DNA of 64,000 nt from the human T2T-CHM13v2.0 reference genome, Homo sapiens (GCF_009914755.1 NC_060927.1); one strand, 5' to 3'. Positions 13,920 to 27,561 are shown, counted from the stretch's first letter. Made by a program: numbers and translations. Notes: generated from the letters alone by a model not told the origin.

Positions 13920-16479
13920 AAATTAATTTTTTTAAAAGACAGACAACCTAGGAAAAAGTAAACAACAAACTTGAACAGGATGGCCAGTAACCAGGTGGCC
14001 CACAAACACATGGAAAGTTGTTCACTATTAATGGTGGGTAGAAAACTGAAAATTAAAATCACAGTGAGGTACTACTTTGTATCCACCAGAATGGCTAAAA
14101 TGACAAGGATTGACAATACCAAGTGTTGACAAGGATGCAGAGGAACTGGAACTCTCACAAACTCCTGTTGGAAAACTAAATTGATACAATCACTTTGCAA
14201 AATTGTTTGTCAGTATCTACTGAAGCTAAATATACACATGCCCTATAACCCAGCAATTTCACCTCTATTAATATTACAGAAATGAATGCATACATTCAAT
14301 AAATGACTACGAAAGGGCATGATAGAAGCTTCTAGAATGCTGGTAATGTATATCTTTACCTTAGTAGAGGATATATCAGTGTGTTCACTTTGTAAAAATT
14401 GATCATCTATATTCTTATGCTTCTTCCTGTTGTACTTTTGTAAGTTACACTTCAATAAAAATTATTCAGAAAGGACTAGCAACCTAAACCTTATACCCAT
14501 TAAAAACAACAAAATTACAAACCTTTGAAATTCAGATGGCTAGAAGCTAGAGAGATGGCACAAAATAGAGACACTAAACAGACATTCATATGTAATCACT
14601 TAACTGACAAAAGTGTAACTATTTCTATGAGGAAATACATGGTATTTTCCATTTAAATTGCAAGGCTGAGGTTTAAGAAAAAAATGAAATTTGGGGCCAG
14701 AGCTTTTCCCAGGTCTTGACTAACATTCAGATGCTATGAGTCTCTGAAATCTTAGCCTGTGACTCTCTAGTGGAACAAAAGACTAGGGTTATCAAGGGAA
14801 AGGACCATCTAACTTTATCTAATAGATTGTATGCATTGCCTAGCCCACTGTACTGAAAGGTTTGTCATTCCCTGCTGTCTTCTCCTGGTTCCTTGGCTGT
14901 AATTTCTTCACCAATCAGGTCCTTGGTTTAAACCTTCAGAACACTCATCATCTCTCCTTGCCAGTGGGACAGAACTGGCAGGCATGAGTTCTGTCCGGGA
15001 TATGCCCCCTAAGACAGCACCACAACTTTTGGAGCAGAACAAAAGTAGTGCTATCTATATAAATGATGAAAGCATTATGTGACTTCCAAAGAGAAGATGC
15101 GGACCATGAACAGGCTTCACTGTCACTGAAGCGGCTGTAATCAGAAGACCTATATATATCTACTATACAGAGTCTTCATGAGAAGTTTCTCCTCTCCTAA
15201 AATTGACTCCTCCTAGCAATCACGGCAGTTTCCAGTTCCCAAAAAAGGGCCTCCTCAGCTGAACAGAGGCTGAACTTAAGCAAGTGTTTCTCTTTATAGC
15301 AGGAGCCTGGAGTATCATCATTGTGGGGCTACCTCCAGGGAAGCCAGGCCCAAAGAAGCAGAAGCCACTGTTGCTGTTGTGACAGAACAGCATACAAAGT
15401 GAAAGCATCGGACCATAATTTCTCATGTCTGGGTGAGAGTCTCCCTCAGTGGACGCACCTGGGAAGAGCCCTTCAAGATACAGAACATGCGAACTGTCAA
15501 ACATGTGCTGTTGCTCTGTGGACACATCTGGGTAGTTTCCAGGCTAGTTGTGCAGGGATTTCACCAAATCTCCTAAGAAAGTAGGGATTCTCTGAACACT
15601 CACTCTCTTGCTTTCCCACATCTGAGTATTTCCTCCCATCATTTCTTCCTTCCAGAGCACCCCTCCCCTCTCCCTCACTAGCTGTAAAAATGCATACCCC
15701 ACTCCTGGGCCCAACCGACATGGCACTTCATTCCAAAGCTTCCCTCAACCTCTGTCTGACCTAGTCATGTCACTACTTCAGTGCTCTTTGCTGCCTTCAG
15801 AATAGAACCTAAGCTCTCCTGAGCACCTATAGTGTTATTTGTTACCTGGCACAGTGCTAATTTTGACTACTTTACTCCATGAGGACAGAAGCCTTTCTGA
15901 CTCCCTTCTCCTCTCCACTTGGCTTTGCATGGGGCTTGGCACATAGGAGCCAATATTAATTGACTAAATAAACAAACGGCAATACAAACTTAAATGTATC
16001 CAAACAGAAAACTGCAGAGGACACATGCATCCATCTCAAATTATTTCTGAGTGATAGTACCTGGAAACCAATATTAGCTTTCCCTAGAAGCATAACTCTA
16101 CAAGATCTCCAAGTTAGAAAGAGGCCCCAAAGGTCACTGCCTCTAGGCTGACCCTCCAGCCTTCCTTAAGACTAAAATTCACACCTTCCTTGGGATATCC
16201 AGAGGACAAAACCATGACCAAGAAGATAGATCTTCAGGGTGGGGAGTGTAGAACAAGTCTCTTTCTCCTCAGGGTGGGTAGGTAGGGGCTTCATTTCTTA
16301 GCTCTCAGAAATGAATAAAAAAAGAGCATTCATTTATTCACCATTCTGAAGGATGGTGTGGCCTAGTGGGGAGATGGACATAGTCATACGTGCCAATAGC
16401 TTTGTTCATAACAAAATATAGAAATGAAATTTCATGGTGACAAAGAAGGGCTCTCCCAACATTGCCTAGCAAGTCTGGA

Positions 16480-17220
16480 AGGGGACATTGATGCAGGCAC
16501 AAGTACAAGGTAATATGTTAGATGCTATAATCACAATTTGTGCAAAAAGTTATGGAAGTCTGGGGAGGGAGGCATGACCAACTTTACCTGGAAGAAGCAA
16601 AGGGAGGGAGTAGCTGAACTGAGTCTTGTGGGATCAGGAGGGTCAGGTGAAGGGAGCAACATTGCTAAAGCTAGAAAGAGTAAAAGGCATGGTTGAAGAA
16701 AAGTAAAGATTCAGTGAGGCTGAAGTATAGAGTACAGGATGAAATTTGTCAAAAATAAGGCAAGATAAGGAGATGGTTGCCAAGTAGGCTTTAAAAATCA
16801 TGCCAACTTTGAACTTGGTCCTGAAGGCAGTGGGCAGTCTTTAAGCTGGACTAAGGTGATTTGTGGAAGATAACCAGACATCAGAATGGGAAATTGACTG
16901 AAATCAGATAGTCACAGAAGCAGGAAGGCTGGCCCGAGGCTTTGCTCTCAGTTCAGTGGAGGGTAGGAGGCCTGCGCGTGTCTGGGGCAGTAGGCTGTAT
17001 TTGAGAAACATGAGTTTACAGAACTTGATAGAGATCCAGGACCTGTTGGTGAGAGGATAAGGGAAGAGAAAAGCAGGATGACTGACATTTTTGCCTTGAA
17101 TAACAGTGAAATGGTGGTCTCATTCACAGAGACAGGGAAAACAAAAAGAATAAAAGACACAAGGGACACCATGAGTTTAGCATTGAACCCGATGAGCGTG
17201 AAGTGTTGTTCTGCATTTGA
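16480..17220 (-). mobile_element. L2 LINE fragment
   Basis: gctgaactgagtcttg, tttgaacttggtcctgaaggcagtggg, atggtggtctcattcacagagacaggga. Confidence 0.65.
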
Positions 17221-17452
17221 CTGGGCATAGACTTAGGAGCCATGGGTAAGTAGTAGCTGGGCCCAGGCTCTCCATCTCCTCACCCACATCTCTGCCCCTT
17301 CCCGCCCCTCCTTTTCACTCCCACCCCACCTTTCTGATTTTGGCACTGAGGTGTCCTGTTAACTCATTTTTTATTGGATTCATCCTGGACACCTCGGCAA
17401 CACATCACCCTTCCAGTCCCCTTCCTCGAACCTCTGCTCTGCTCAGTCACAC

Positions 17453-17937
17453 TGTAGTGACAAAATAATAAACTCCAAATATGTCCATGTGCTAATCCCT
17501 GCACCTGTGAATATGTTAACCTCTGTAACAAGAGATTCTGTGATGTGATTAAAGATAAGAACCTTGAGATGTCAGAGGATCCTAGATTATGCAGGTGAGT
17601 CCAATCCAATCCCATGAGTCCTTAAAAAACAGGGAACCTTTCCAAGCTGCAGAAAACCAGAGTGATGGCAGCATGAAAAGTACTTAGCTCTCTGTTGCTA
17701 GCTTTGAAGATGGAGGAGCCAAAGAATCTAAGAAGCCTCTAAAAGCTGGAAAAGGCAAGGGCACAGATTCTCCCCTACAGCCTCCAGGAAAGAACACAGG
17801 CTATCAGATGCCTTGATTTTATTTAGTCCCATGAGACTCACATTAGCTTTCTGACCTACAGAACTGTAAGATAATAAATTTGTTTAAAGCCACCAAGCTT
17901 GTGATAATGTTACAGCACCAAAGGGTAATTCGTTGCA
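17453..17937 (+). mobile_element. MLT1D MaLR solo LTR
   Basis: cacctgtgaatatgttaacct...ctttgaagatggagg...gattctcccctacagcctccagga...ctgacctacagaactgtaagataataaattt; TG...CA ends. Confidence 0.85.
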
Positions 17938-18596
17938 GCGGAAATACCCACCAATACCTACTCCCCTCATTTCATGGATACTCAGCAAATCTAATTCCGT
18001 ACTGGAATCAATTGACAACTTCGCAAAAAAGTCTATAGGAAAGAGATGCTTAGGGTGCCCTTTTAATATCAGCAGTTCTGGAGTTCCTAGAGGGCCAAGG
18101 ACTTCATAATAAAAGCAATTCCTGTCTTGGATCTGGATGAGATGACCTGGTGAGAGGGTAAGGATTGAGTTGGGAGAGAGCCCTGGGCAAGATGAAGACA
18201 GGCCAGTATATGAGGCAGGGGTGTAGGGAGAGGGAAAGGAAGGATAAAGATGACACAATGTCAGCAAACCCAGGAGAGGACAGCATTTAGTAGGTGTTGA
18301 TCAGAGATGCTCAATGCTACAGAGAGGAGCAAATTGAATCTGACAACAAACAGGTCATTTGTGGTTTTCAAAGAAAGAATTTCAGTGAAGAGACACAGCA
18401 AAAGCCAAAATGTGGAGGGTTGGGGAGATACTGGAGGAAAAAGTAAGAAGTAAATAAGCCATAAAGAGTGAAAAGCTCTTTAGAAAAGATGGGATTATTC
18501 ATCTTTATATCTGTAATACTCAGCACAATGCCAGAACACAGTGGGTGCTCATTATATGCTGAATCAAGAGAAGTACTGGAGTCAGTAGGCATAGAC

Positions 18597-18748
18597 CAGC
18601 ATTTCTCAAACTTACTGTGCATACAAATCACCTGGGGATTCTGATGTAGTAAGTCTGGCATGAGATCTGAGATCCTGCTTTTCTAATAAGCTCACAGATG
18701 ATGCTGTGCTGCTGCTGGTCTTCAGACCTCACTTTAAGTATCAAGGAA
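18597..18748. mobile_element. MER5-type hAT-Charlie MITE
   Basis: tttctcaaacttactgtgcatacaaatcacctggggat...gatgatgctg...gctggtcttcagacctcacttt. Confidence 0.7.
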
Positions 18749-19649
18749 GTAGACCACCACACCCAACCATGCTGTAATCATGGCTCCCTTTGGTTCCTGG
18801 GTAACATTATGATCCCAGAAGTCAGTATGACTTATATAGAACTATAGGATTTGCTGACCTCATGGTACACATCTGCACAGCGGAGCCAAACCAGGCACCA
18901 ACTCAATCCCAGCTTCCGGGAGTAAACATTCATAAAAGGTTCCACTCCAAACACTTTCCACATTGCAGGATTTTTCACAATTCCCCCCAACCTCAACACC
19001 ACTGCCAACTCCTCCTTCACCAACATAACAATTCATATCCCACCATTGATCATAGAAAGGCTGAGTCTTTGACATTAGGCTTGGGGAGGGGTGTTCTCAT
19101 CCGGTGACCTCAGGGATTCCAAATGCATGGATTTTAAAATCACCATCTGAATCAGGACACTCCCAACACAGATATTGCTCAGAGTGGGAAATGGCTCCCG
19201 GTGCCTTGGCCTCTTCCCACAAGGGTATGGGGAGCACCAGTCTGCATATATAGGAGATATATATATATATATCTCCTAAAAGCAAGCCTGGAAAAGGTGA
19301 AGAATCTCAATCCTCTCTACCTATATCCCAATAAAAAAGAAAAGCTATTAAACATATTTCTATAAATGTTATGCAGGTTGTCACTCAATGGCACTCACAG
19401 TAGATATAGAAATGCAGAGTGTCAGAAGGCAGTGTTTACCTTTATCAGATATTATCAAGAAAACCAAAGGTAAGAGTAATTTGAGCAAAACTGGTGAGAT
19501 AGGACTTTCCCCTAAGAGTGAGTGCCTGTCACAGTTCACCCTCAAACACATTTTCATAGCTCCATTTTTATGTTGTTCCAGCCCATACATTAGAGGAATT
19601 TGGTTCATGGGGAAAAGAAAATTGAATAGCAGCTAAAGGTCAGTGAGCC

Positions 19650-20100
19650 AGTCAGCTCTTTCAGTTGAAAGTTACAAAAACTTTATGCTCATTGGCTTAG
19701 GCAAGAGAGAAATTATTTGCTCACATAACTGAAACACCCCTGGATATGGCACAATCCAGGATATACACAACATCCCCTGAGTTCATCTCACAACTTAGCC
19801 GCCTCTGGGTTGGCTCCAAGTCCAGGATCTACACAGGGTCTTCCAGTAGTTTCAATCTTCACATATCATGATTAGCATGTCTAGGAGAGCCCACTTCCCT
19901 TAGAGAGCAGACCAAAGTCCTGGGTTGGGACTCACTGATACCACCTGACATGACTTGGGTTGAGTGTTCATCCCTAAACTATAGAGGGTGGGCTGGAGGT
20001 AAAGTGCCCCCCTCAGTTGATTTAGTCTGAGTCATGTGCTCCACCCTGGGGTTGCCTTCTTTGTCAGAGCCCTTGGCATAAATAGAGGAAAGAATTAATT
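19650..20100 (-). mobile_element. Old MaLR LTR (MLT1K/L-like)
   Basis: ttggcttaggcaagagagaaattatttgctcacataactgaaa; gagtcatgtgctccaccctgggg. Confidence 0.45.
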
Positions 20101-22089
20101 CCTCTCAATCAAATCAAAGTCCTATTGTCACAGTAAGGGAGAGTGGTGCTAAGAGGAAAATGCAACAAATATCTACTACACCCAGATTTGTACACACATT
20201 TAGGTACAAGTCTGTTACAATGAAAAAAATTCCAAACTCCTGATGCTACCTCTGTGACTGACATAGTCCCTTGCAGATCTTTTCTGTCTCTATTATAACA
20301 CACTGGATATATCTGGGCTCTGCAGCTCAGAGGGTCACACCGGCTTTTGATGACCCATTTAACCTCATGTTCTGGGGCCAGCCTCATCTTCTATCCTTAT
20401 GCCCTGTGCTGAAGATGGATCCCACCATTGCTTCACTTAACACTTAGAACTGAACTAATTCCTTTTCTCCTGCTTACCTCCTCACTGTCAGAGCATTTGG
20501 TGGGGGGTGGAGTGGGGGGACCCATGCCAGGCTTAGAATAACAGAAACTGAATAGGCCAAACACCTGCCCTTCATAGCAGACTGGAGTCCTGCTTCTGAA
20601 AAATCAATGTCTCCATTGTTTTTCTTTTTTATGAATCGGAGTTCCAGATTTAGAGAACAGGATACTGTCAATTGCTAGTATGATGAAAGAGTGGCTTGAA
20701 GGTATTGTGTTTTGCAGGAGGGCCAGGAGAGGAGATTTCAGTAACTGTTGCTGTTGGGAATTTAATAGGTTTTTACTTTGCACTTTGCTCAGTATCTACA
20801 GAGTGCTTCCTGCTTCTCAATGATACTTGTGTTGACCTGTCCATTGACAATCCGAAGAAATGAATCAAGGCAATTTTCTATCTAAATCTATTAGCTCACC
20901 AAAAATCTAGGCTACATATGCAAAAAGTACTTAATACAGATGCTTCTTAAGGGCCTACCATGTGCCAGGTACTCAGCCAGGCTCCAGGCCACAGGGTTAA
21001 GATATAATAACAAAATATTAAAATGAGATGAGATATTAAAGGATATCTGCCCTATCTCCCTACTATATCGAAGATCAGGAGGAGGAGGACAGGACTTACT
21101 GGAAGTTGCAGGCCAGCACTGCAGAGCTGGGGTAGAACTCAGGCCCTTGATTCCCTCTTGGTCACAAAGTCAAGTTTCTGTGAAGATGGTTGTAAATGGC
21201 TAAGATAAGAAGGCACCTAAAAGATTTTTGTTTTTTAAACTATATATAGATTCCATTTAAGCTTAAATTCTTAAACCTGCCCCAGTCCTCAGTTACTGCC
21301 TGATAATACACACACTGCAGCTTGTCTTTACCAGCTCAAGATTGGTAGAAAGAGGGCCAGTGACTCCCTGCCCAGCTGCAAAGTGGTGTCCTGCAGCAGG
21401 TGGCTGATGTCCAGGTTCCCTCAGAGAAGGCAGGACAGATCATAATTGCTGACTAGGTAGGAAGTCAGGAAGGGAGGGGGCTTATGTCCCTGGCAACAGT
21501 TCCCATATGTAACAGTACAGAGATCTGTGGATGGTTGGTCTATCTTGTGTCTTACAAATGCCATCCAATCATCTAATCATAATTTTATCATGCTCACCCC
21601 CATCCCAATCCCTTGGCAAGGCCCTAAGTGCCCCAACTTAGATCCAGGACCACAGCCAATTCTTGATGCTGTCTTTCATTTGTTTTGGCTTCTGTCATTG
21701 AATGAGCCACCGTGCAAGTCAAATACAGGGGTTTTTAATTCCAATCCAGATGGGTGCCATCTCTCCAACAGAGGCCTGCCCAGGCACTGACATAGACGCT
21801 CTGGGAGTCAGGCTGAGACTATGACCAGGGTCAGACATTTTATACGCAATATGGAGCCCATTGTAGTCTGAGAAGTTTGGATCCCATCTCTTATGTCTCC
21901 CCAAGCCAAAATCAGGTTGCCAAGTAGCTGTGAGAGCAAAGATAGCCCAAATTCAGCCTTTAAATCAAATGTAGGTGAGGGGTTCAAACACCTGTAAAAG
22001 TGAGTCAAATCAATCTTCTTGCCAGAGACAGTCTCCCTCCTCCTTTGAAATTTTCCTTCCAGGCACATCTTGAACAGAGTTGAACCATT

Positions 22090-22380
22090 CATTCGATAAC
22101 TATCCTTGTTTACTATATGTCAGGTCCTTTGCTAGGTAGAGCATCAGAAAAGTGCTCAAGAGAACATAGTCTCTACTCTCCCAAAGTTCACAGACTTGTG
22201 CAATATGAATGAACAGAAGTACAGGAGCCTACAACCGATCTAAACTCAGGGGTCAGGGAAGGTACCCTTGAAGAAGTGAGGTTTAAACTGAGACCAGACT
22301 GTGAGTAAGAACGAGCTGGTAAAAGAGTGGAGTGTGTCCCAGCAAAGGGAACAGCATGAGTGAAGCTCTGAGGTGGGGCA
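22090..22380 (-). mobile_element. L2 3' fragment
   Basis: cattcattc...tactatatgtcagg...gaagaagtgaggtttaaactgagacc...agcaaagggaacagcatg. Confidence 0.7.
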
Positions 22381-22409
22381 TTATAAAATATTAATGAGGA
22401 CAATGATAG

Positions 22410-22575
22410 TGGTGGTGTCTATCATTTATTTAGTGCTTACTACATGCTGGTTACTTTATATGGATTAACTGATTTGATCTTTACAAAACTGAGTGCCATT
22501 ATTCCCATTTACAGAGGACAAATTACAACTTTGGAGTTGAGTGAAGTTATATAAACTTGCCCCAGCCCAATAGCC
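22410..22575 (-). mobile_element. MIR fragment
   Basis: catttatttagtgcttactacatgctgg...attattcccatttacagagga...aacttgccc. Confidence 0.7.
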
Positions 22576-23315
22576 AATAATTGATTTTTTCCAGCTATAT
22601 TGAGCTTTGAATGACAAATAAAAGTTATTTATATTTAAGGTGTACAGTGGGATGATTTGATATATGTATACACCGTTAAATGATTACTGTAATCAAGCTA
22701 ATTAACATATCCATTACCTCACATAGTAACCCTTTTTTGTGTAAGAACACTTAAGATTTACTCTCTCAGCAAATTTCTAATATACAATACATTAACTATA
22801 GTCACATGCTGTACATTAGATCTATTCATATATATATGTATATACACACACACACAAACACATATACAAATACATGTATATACAAAAACACACATACCTC
22901 ACAATTTCTTTCTTCATTCACTTGGCCTTTGTAAATAATGCTGCAATAAATGTAAGATTGTAGATATCTCTTCAAGATAATGATTTCATTTCCTTTGGGT
23001 ATGTACCCAGAAGAGGGATTTCTGGATCACATGGTAGTTCTATTTTTAACTTTTTAGGAACCTCATCTTGTTTTTCATAATGGCTGTACCAATCTACACT
23101 CCTACCAAATGTGTACAAAGGTTCCTTTTTCTCCAAACCTTCACCAACATTTGTTATCTCTGGTCTTTTTCCTAATAGCCATCCCAACAGTTGTGAGGTA
23201 ATACCTCATTGTGGTTTTGATTTGCATTTACCTGATGATTAATGATTTTGAGCACCTTTTCATATATCTGCTGGCCATTTTTGTGTCTTCTTTGGTAAAA
23301 TGTCTATTCAGTTCC

Positions 23316-23871
23316 TGTATTAGGGTTCTCTAGAGGGACAGGACTAATAGGATAGATGTATATATGAAAGGGAGTTTATTAAGGAGTACTGATTCACACA
23401 ATCACATGGTGAAGTCCCACAATAGGCCATCTGCAAGCTTAGGAGCAAGGAAGCCAGTCCGAGTCCGAAAATCCCCAAAGTTGGGAAGCCAAAAGTGCAG
23501 CCTTTAGTCTGTGGCTGAAGGCCCAAGACCCCTTGGCAAACCACTGGTGTAGGTCCAAGAGTCCAAAAGCTGAAGAATTTGGAGTCCGATGTATAAGGGC
23601 AGGAAGCATTCAGCATGGGAGAAAGATGAAGGCCATAAGATTCAGCCAGCCTACTCTTTCCATCTTCTGACTACTTTATTCTAGCCACGCTGGCAGCTGA
23701 TTAGATGATGCCCACCCAGATTGAGGGTGGGTCTGCCTTTCCCAGCCCACCGACTCAAATGTATATATGACTCAAATCATGTCATCTCCCTTGGGAACAG
23801 CCTCACAGACACACCCAGGAACTTTGCATCCTTCAATCCAATCAAGTTGGCACTCAATATTAAACATTACA
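23316..23871 (-). mobile_element. MLT2A ERVL solo LTR inserted in L1MA
   Basis: agggttctctagagggacaggactaatagg...ctttgcatccttcaatccaatcaagttggcactcaatattaaacattaca; host L1 resumes on both sides. Confidence 0.9.
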
Positions 23872-24100
23872 GATAGTTTGCCTATTTTTGAATCAGGTTA
23901 TTTGTTTGTTTTTGCTTTTGCTTTTGTTGTTGTTAGTGGTGTTTTCGTGTTTTGTTTTGTGTTGTTTTTGCTATTTAGTTATATATAAGTTCCTTATATA
24001 TTTTGGATATATGATTTGCAAATATTTTCTCTCATTATGTAGGCTGCCTTTTCATTTTGTTGATTGTTTTCTTTGCTGGGCAGAAACTTTTTAATTTGAT

Positions 24101-24562
24101 TGTGACATTGTGAAATATATCTTTAGCCTTTGTTCCAGTCTCCTGACATATAGCTCCTAAAATCCTTGGAATCTCTAGAGTGATAAAAGTGTCTTCAGTG
24201 TACTGAGTTGACTGATGGCTGGGGGCTTCTGGGTACCCTGAGAGGGTCATGGGAACTCTGATTTACGGCCACTGTTCAGAAGGTCCAGAAGCCCAAACTT
24301 GCAATTGGCATCTGAAGTAGGGGATGAGCCCTTAACCTGCAGGTTCTGACAATATCTCCAGGTAGATAGTGTCAGAATTGAGCTGAATTGAATTAGAGGA
24401 CACCCAGCTGGTGTCTACTGCAGAATCTGGAGAATTTGGTTGATTGCTTAGGGTGTGAGGAAATACCTCCACATACACATCTGGTGTCAGAAGTCTTGTG
24501 TGACTGTGTAAGAGTAGGGCGTAAAAGGAGAAACTGAGTTTGCTTTTCCCTATATCTTTACA
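24101..24562. mobile_element. MER21-family LTR (shortened) inserted in L1MA
   Basis: tgtgacattgtgaaatatat...agctcctaaaatccttggaatctc...ggacacccagctggtgtc; TG...CA; 5-bp TSD ttgat/tagat. Confidence 0.8.
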
Positions 24563-27561
24563 TAGATGTAGTCCCACTTGTTTATTTTTGCTTTTGTTGT
24601 CTGTGCTTTTGCTATCCTATCCAAAAAACTTATTGCCAAGACCAATGTCAACAAGATTTTTCCCCTAAAACTCTTTGAGGAGTTTTATGTTTGGGGTATT
24701 ACATTTAAGTCTTTAATCCATCTTGAATTGATTTTTGTGTGTGGTAAAAGATAAAGGTCCAATTTTATTCTTTTGCATGTGGATATCCAGTTTTCCCAAC
24801 ACCATTTATTGAAGAAACTATCTTTTCCCCATTATGTATTCTTGGAGGCTTTGTGAAAAATTAGTTGAACGTATATATATGGGTTTATTTCTCAGCTCTT
24901 TATTCTGTTCCATTGGTCCATATGTCTGTATTTATGCCAGTACCAAATTGTTTTGATTACTGTCTATAGCTTTGTAATATAATTTCTGGAAATGTGATGC
25001 CCACAGGTTTGTTTTTCTTCAAGATTCCTCTAACAATTCAGGGTCATTTGTAGCTCCAAGCAAATTTTATGATTGTCTTTTCTATTTCTGTGAAAAATGC
25101 TTTTGGAATTTTAATAAGGATTGGTTTGAATCTTTAGACTGCTTTGAGTAGTATGGACATTTTAACAATATTTTTTCTTCCAATCCATGAACACAGAATA
25201 GCTTTCCATTTATTTATCTTCTTCTATTTCTTTCATCAATGTTTTATAAATTTCAGTACACAGATTTTTCACCTCCTTGATTAAATTTATTCCTAAGTAT
25301 TTTATTCTTTTTATACTATTATAAATGGGATTCTCACCTTAATTTCTTTCTCAAATAGTTCATTGTTAATGTATAGAAATACTACTGATTTTTGTATATT
25401 GATTTTGTATTCTGCAACTTTAGTGCATTTGTTTATTAGTTCCAACAGGTTTTTGGTAGAGTCTTTAGGGTTTTTTATGTATAAGATTATGTCATCTGCA
25501 AACAGATACCATTTTACTTCTTCCTTTCTGATTTTTCATGCCTTCTATTTCTTTTCTTGGCCAATTTCTCTGACTAGTATTATGTTTGGTATTATGTTGA
25601 ATGCAAGTGGTGATACTGGGTATCCTTGTATTGTTCCTGATTTTAGAGGAAGAGTTTTCAGCTTTTCACCCTTTGGTATTGGCTGCATGCTTATCATACG
25701 TGGCCTTTATTAAGTTGAGGTACATTTTTTTTCTATGCCTAATATTTGAGGGTTTTTATCATCAAAAATGTTAAATTTTGTCTAGTGCTTTTTTCCATAT
25801 CTATTGAGACAATCATATGATTTTATCCTTCATTCTCTTAATGTGGTATATCACACTTATTGATTTGTATTTGTTAAACCATCCTTGCATCCCAGGAATA
25901 CATCCCACTTAATCTGGATAAATGATGCTTTTAACATGCTATTGAATTCAGTTTGCTGGGATTTTGTTGAGATTATTGCACCTATGTTCATCCAGGATAT
26001 TGGCCTGTAATCTTTTCTTGTAGTGTGCTTATCTGGTTTTTGTATCAAGATGATGCTGGCTTTGTGAAATGGGTTTGGATGTATTTTCTTTTCTTTGAAT
26101 TTTTGGCAGAATTTGAGAAGGATTGGTATTAATTCTTCTTTAGATGACTGATGGAATTTACCAGTGAAGCCATATGGTCCTGGGCTTTTCTTTGCTGGGA
26201 GATATTTTTATAACTGATTCAATCCCTTATTCATTTTTAATCTTTTCAGATTTTCTTACCTCTTCATGATTCAGCCTTGGTAGGATGTATGTTTCTAGGA
26301 ATTTATCCATTTCTTCCAGGTTGTCCAATTTGTTGGCCTGTAATTGTCCATAGTAGTTTCTTATGATCCTTTGTATTTCTGTGAGCTGTCTTAAAATAAT
26401 TATTTTGAATTCTTTTCTAGGCAACTCATATGTCTTTATTTCCTTCAGGTTGGTTGCTAGAAAATTATTGTGTGCTTTTGGTTGTGTCATGCTTCCTTTT
26501 TTTTCCTGTTCCTTGAAGTCTTGTGTTGCTATCTTTACATTTGAAACAGCAGGCACTTCCTACAGTCTTTATTGACTGGCTTTGGGAAAGAAACACCTTC
26601 AGTAGCCATCAAGGGTGAGGATTCTGAGGTTTTCTCAGACTTTTTCTATGGATGGGCCTGCTCCACCTCTCTTGTTCCTTTTTTGGTGGAGAGAATTATT
26701 AAAATTGTGTGCCTTTTCTGCATCCTGCAAAGCTAGACTGTTTGCTGAGAATCTCCCATTTGTTTTCCTTAGGGCAATGCCCTAAAATGCTCAAGTTTGT
26801 GTGTCTCCTCCAAGTCCCACAGAGTCAAGCCAGTTGACCGCATATGACTGCAAGCCACCTGCAAAGGCTCACACTTATTGTATGGAGCACATGCATGGGG
26901 AGCCATTCAGCAGGGGTACTGGGAGAGGAGGTGAGGAGCATGGATCATTGAGGGCATCCGCGGGCCAGTTAAGGGGCTTTGCAAGGCATCTCAAGTGGCT
27001 CATGGGTAAGCCTCCTGAAGGAGACTGTGAAGTTGTTAGTAGAATACATGGTCATTTGTTGAATTTCAAGCCCTGTTGCTGTGAGTCCCCACCACTTTTC
27101 CCTGCTCCCAGCCTCTCACAGCCATATAGCCATGGTGATCCCCTCAGCATTCTGTGTGTGGTGCGGAAGAGCTGGGCCTCTTGTGTATCATTCCACACAG
27201 CTGGGAAATCCAGCTGCTCATTCACTACTCTTGCTTTCTTCCATGGAAGGACTCATGGGCCACAGGAGCCTCTTTTGGCAGTGAGATGTGATGCCTTGGG
27301 GAAGTGGTGACATGGGTAAAGTGAAATCTATTCAATGTATCTATTCTTGGATTTTTGGGTCTTTTGGTTGTTTAGTTTGTTTTGTTTTTGCTCCAATGGC
27401 ATGCTAGAACTTCTCTACTGGACACCCAGGCTCCCACAATGGTACTCTCATTCACAGTGGTTGTCAAAATCAGTGAACTGTGGAGAGATGATAGTAGAAA
27501 ACCCTTATTCTGCCATCTTGCTGACATCATTCCATCGTAGACAATTTTCAGTCACAGATAA

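Larger units (their letters stand above)
10500..14468 (+). mobile_element. Old L1M(E)-type LINE, internally deleted, interrupted by an MST LTR and a young L1PA fragment
   Basis: ORF1-like A-rich sequence (aacagtagattagacacagcagaag; gcagaagcaatatttgaagag), jump to late ORF2 near 12270, 3' end tacacttcaataaaa near 14460. Confidence 0.75.
22585..27533 (-). mobile_element. L1MA(7-9)-type LINE from 3' end to 5' end, internally deleted, with two LTR insertions
   Basis: L1MA 3' end (aatcaagctaattaacatatccattacctcacatag); ORF2 peptides in ORF track ([14 protein letters not shown]); 5'UTR ending with the L1 YY1 site gccatcttg at 27512-27520. Confidence 0.85.

Noticed and set aside
13011-13951. Longest ORFs (120 aa and 222 aa) with an RT FADD motif as a gene or novel RT system
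   Set aside because: Ordinary L1 ORF2 sequence broken by a stop and a frameshift; no accessory genes or ncRNA
15300-15432. Possible exon (tttctctttatag acceptor, ctgg/gtgaga donor)
   Set aside because: Such splice-like pairs are common by chance; no supporting frame or transcript evidence
21390-21410. CTCF-like gcagcaggtggctg
   Set aside because: Mismatches at both ends of the core; a single weak motif
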